NCBI GenBank assembly: GCA_964422025.1
Contig: CAYQYZ010000001.1
Coordinates: forward strand, 13,410-77,409
DNA length: 64,000 bases
Reading direction: 5' to 3'
DNA from: an uncultured Gammaproteobacteria bacterium
Lineage (GTDB): Bacteria; Patescibacteriota; Microgenomatia; UBA1406; HO2-37-13b
Part shown: positions 63,789 through 64,000 of the stretch, in pieces
Numbering within the stretch: the first letter of the stretch is position 1
How the letters are laid out: every line of letters starts with the position of its first letter
The notes under the pieces: generated by a model
What the model was told of the DNA's origin: nothing
The model's input: only the letters and a program-made list of their open reading frames with translations
Database searches by the model: none
Position numbers and translations under genes: made by a program

Positions 63789-64000
63789 ATGGCAGACCAC
63801 ATTATTTCAGGAATTGACATTGGAACTAGTAAAACCGCTGTTTTAATAGCTAAAATTGGTGATGAAGAAACACAGCCACGAATCATGGGATTTGCGTCAG
63901 TGCCTTCTAAAGGTGTTCGAAAAGGCCAAATTGTCGATATAAATCAAGTTACTCAAACCGTTGAATCGGCGATAGATAAAGCTGAGCGCATGGCTGGTAC
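63789..64000 (+). CDS. ftsA: cell division protein FtsA, N-terminal fragment (runs off the window)
   Basis: MADHIISGIDIGTSKTAVLIAK...GVRKGQIVDI is the actin-like phosphate-1 motif. Confidence 0.85.
   Translation, partial: MADHIISGIDIGTSKTAVLIAKIGDEETQPRIMGFASVPSKGVRKGQIVDINQVTQTVESAIDKAERMAG

Noticed and set aside
1-64000. Alternative genetic code (UGA or UAA recoding, as seen in some candidate phyla), prompted by the in-frame TAA in the GNAT gene.
   Set aside because: TGA terminates tsaD (25080-25082), the sugar transferase (28433-28435) and DUF4012 (30298-30300) at the expected family lengths. TAA and TAG terminate many conserved genes. All long housekeeping ORFs are intact under code 11.

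Overview
AT-rich (judged by eye, GC not computed), very gene-dense bacterial chromosome segment: about 60 protein genes, 3 tRNAs, no rRNA, no CRISPR, and no recognisable transposase, integrase or phage gene. It uses the standard code (TGA, TAA and TAG all terminate well-conserved genes). Class I LysRS, a stand-alone 5'-3' exonuclease, DUF4012, membrane-anchored DsbA-like proteins and many glycosyltransferases resemble small-genome uncultivated (CPR/Patescibacteria-like) bacteria; this is inference only. Layout: (1) 1-25 kb is housekeeping: lon, nrdR, greA, lysK, serS, secA, an ABC-2 exporter, eno, ftsH, a tsaC-tsaE fusion and tsaD. It is interrupted by Arg-rich orphan ORFs and a GNAT-like/HDAC-like gene pair. 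(2) 25.7-27.7 kb holds three tandem paralogous 7-TM proteins bracketed by tRNA-Met and tRNA-Pro. (3) 27.8-43 kb is a glycan-assembly locus. (4) 46.2-64 kb is an expanded dcw cluster running mraZ-rsmH-ftsL-ftsI-murE-murC-murB-murA-HAD-glmU-like-yvcK-like-dgkA-mraY-X-murD-ftsW-murG-ftsQ-ftsA. Main non-catalogue signals: (a) a -10 hexamer exactly 6 nt upstream of at least ten start codons, suggesting leaderless mRNAs; (b) a duplicated hairpin/SD/T-run/ATG leader, including a start-stop mini-ORF, in front of the GNAT-like/deacetylase pair; (c) a ~170-nt rod-like structured RNA candidate with tandem G.A motifs; (d) a 30-nt hairpin repeat family with compensatory stem changes, inserted in frame into secA and a GT2 gene and forming the serS 3' end; (e) a second 27-nt TCAACCT-NNN-AGGTTG repeat family at three loci; (f) NrdR-box-like palindromes flanking the nrdR promoter; (g) a PP-loop-like protein between mraY and murD that may be a MurL-type epimerase. 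No similarity search could be run, so all family calls rest on motifs read from the translations.
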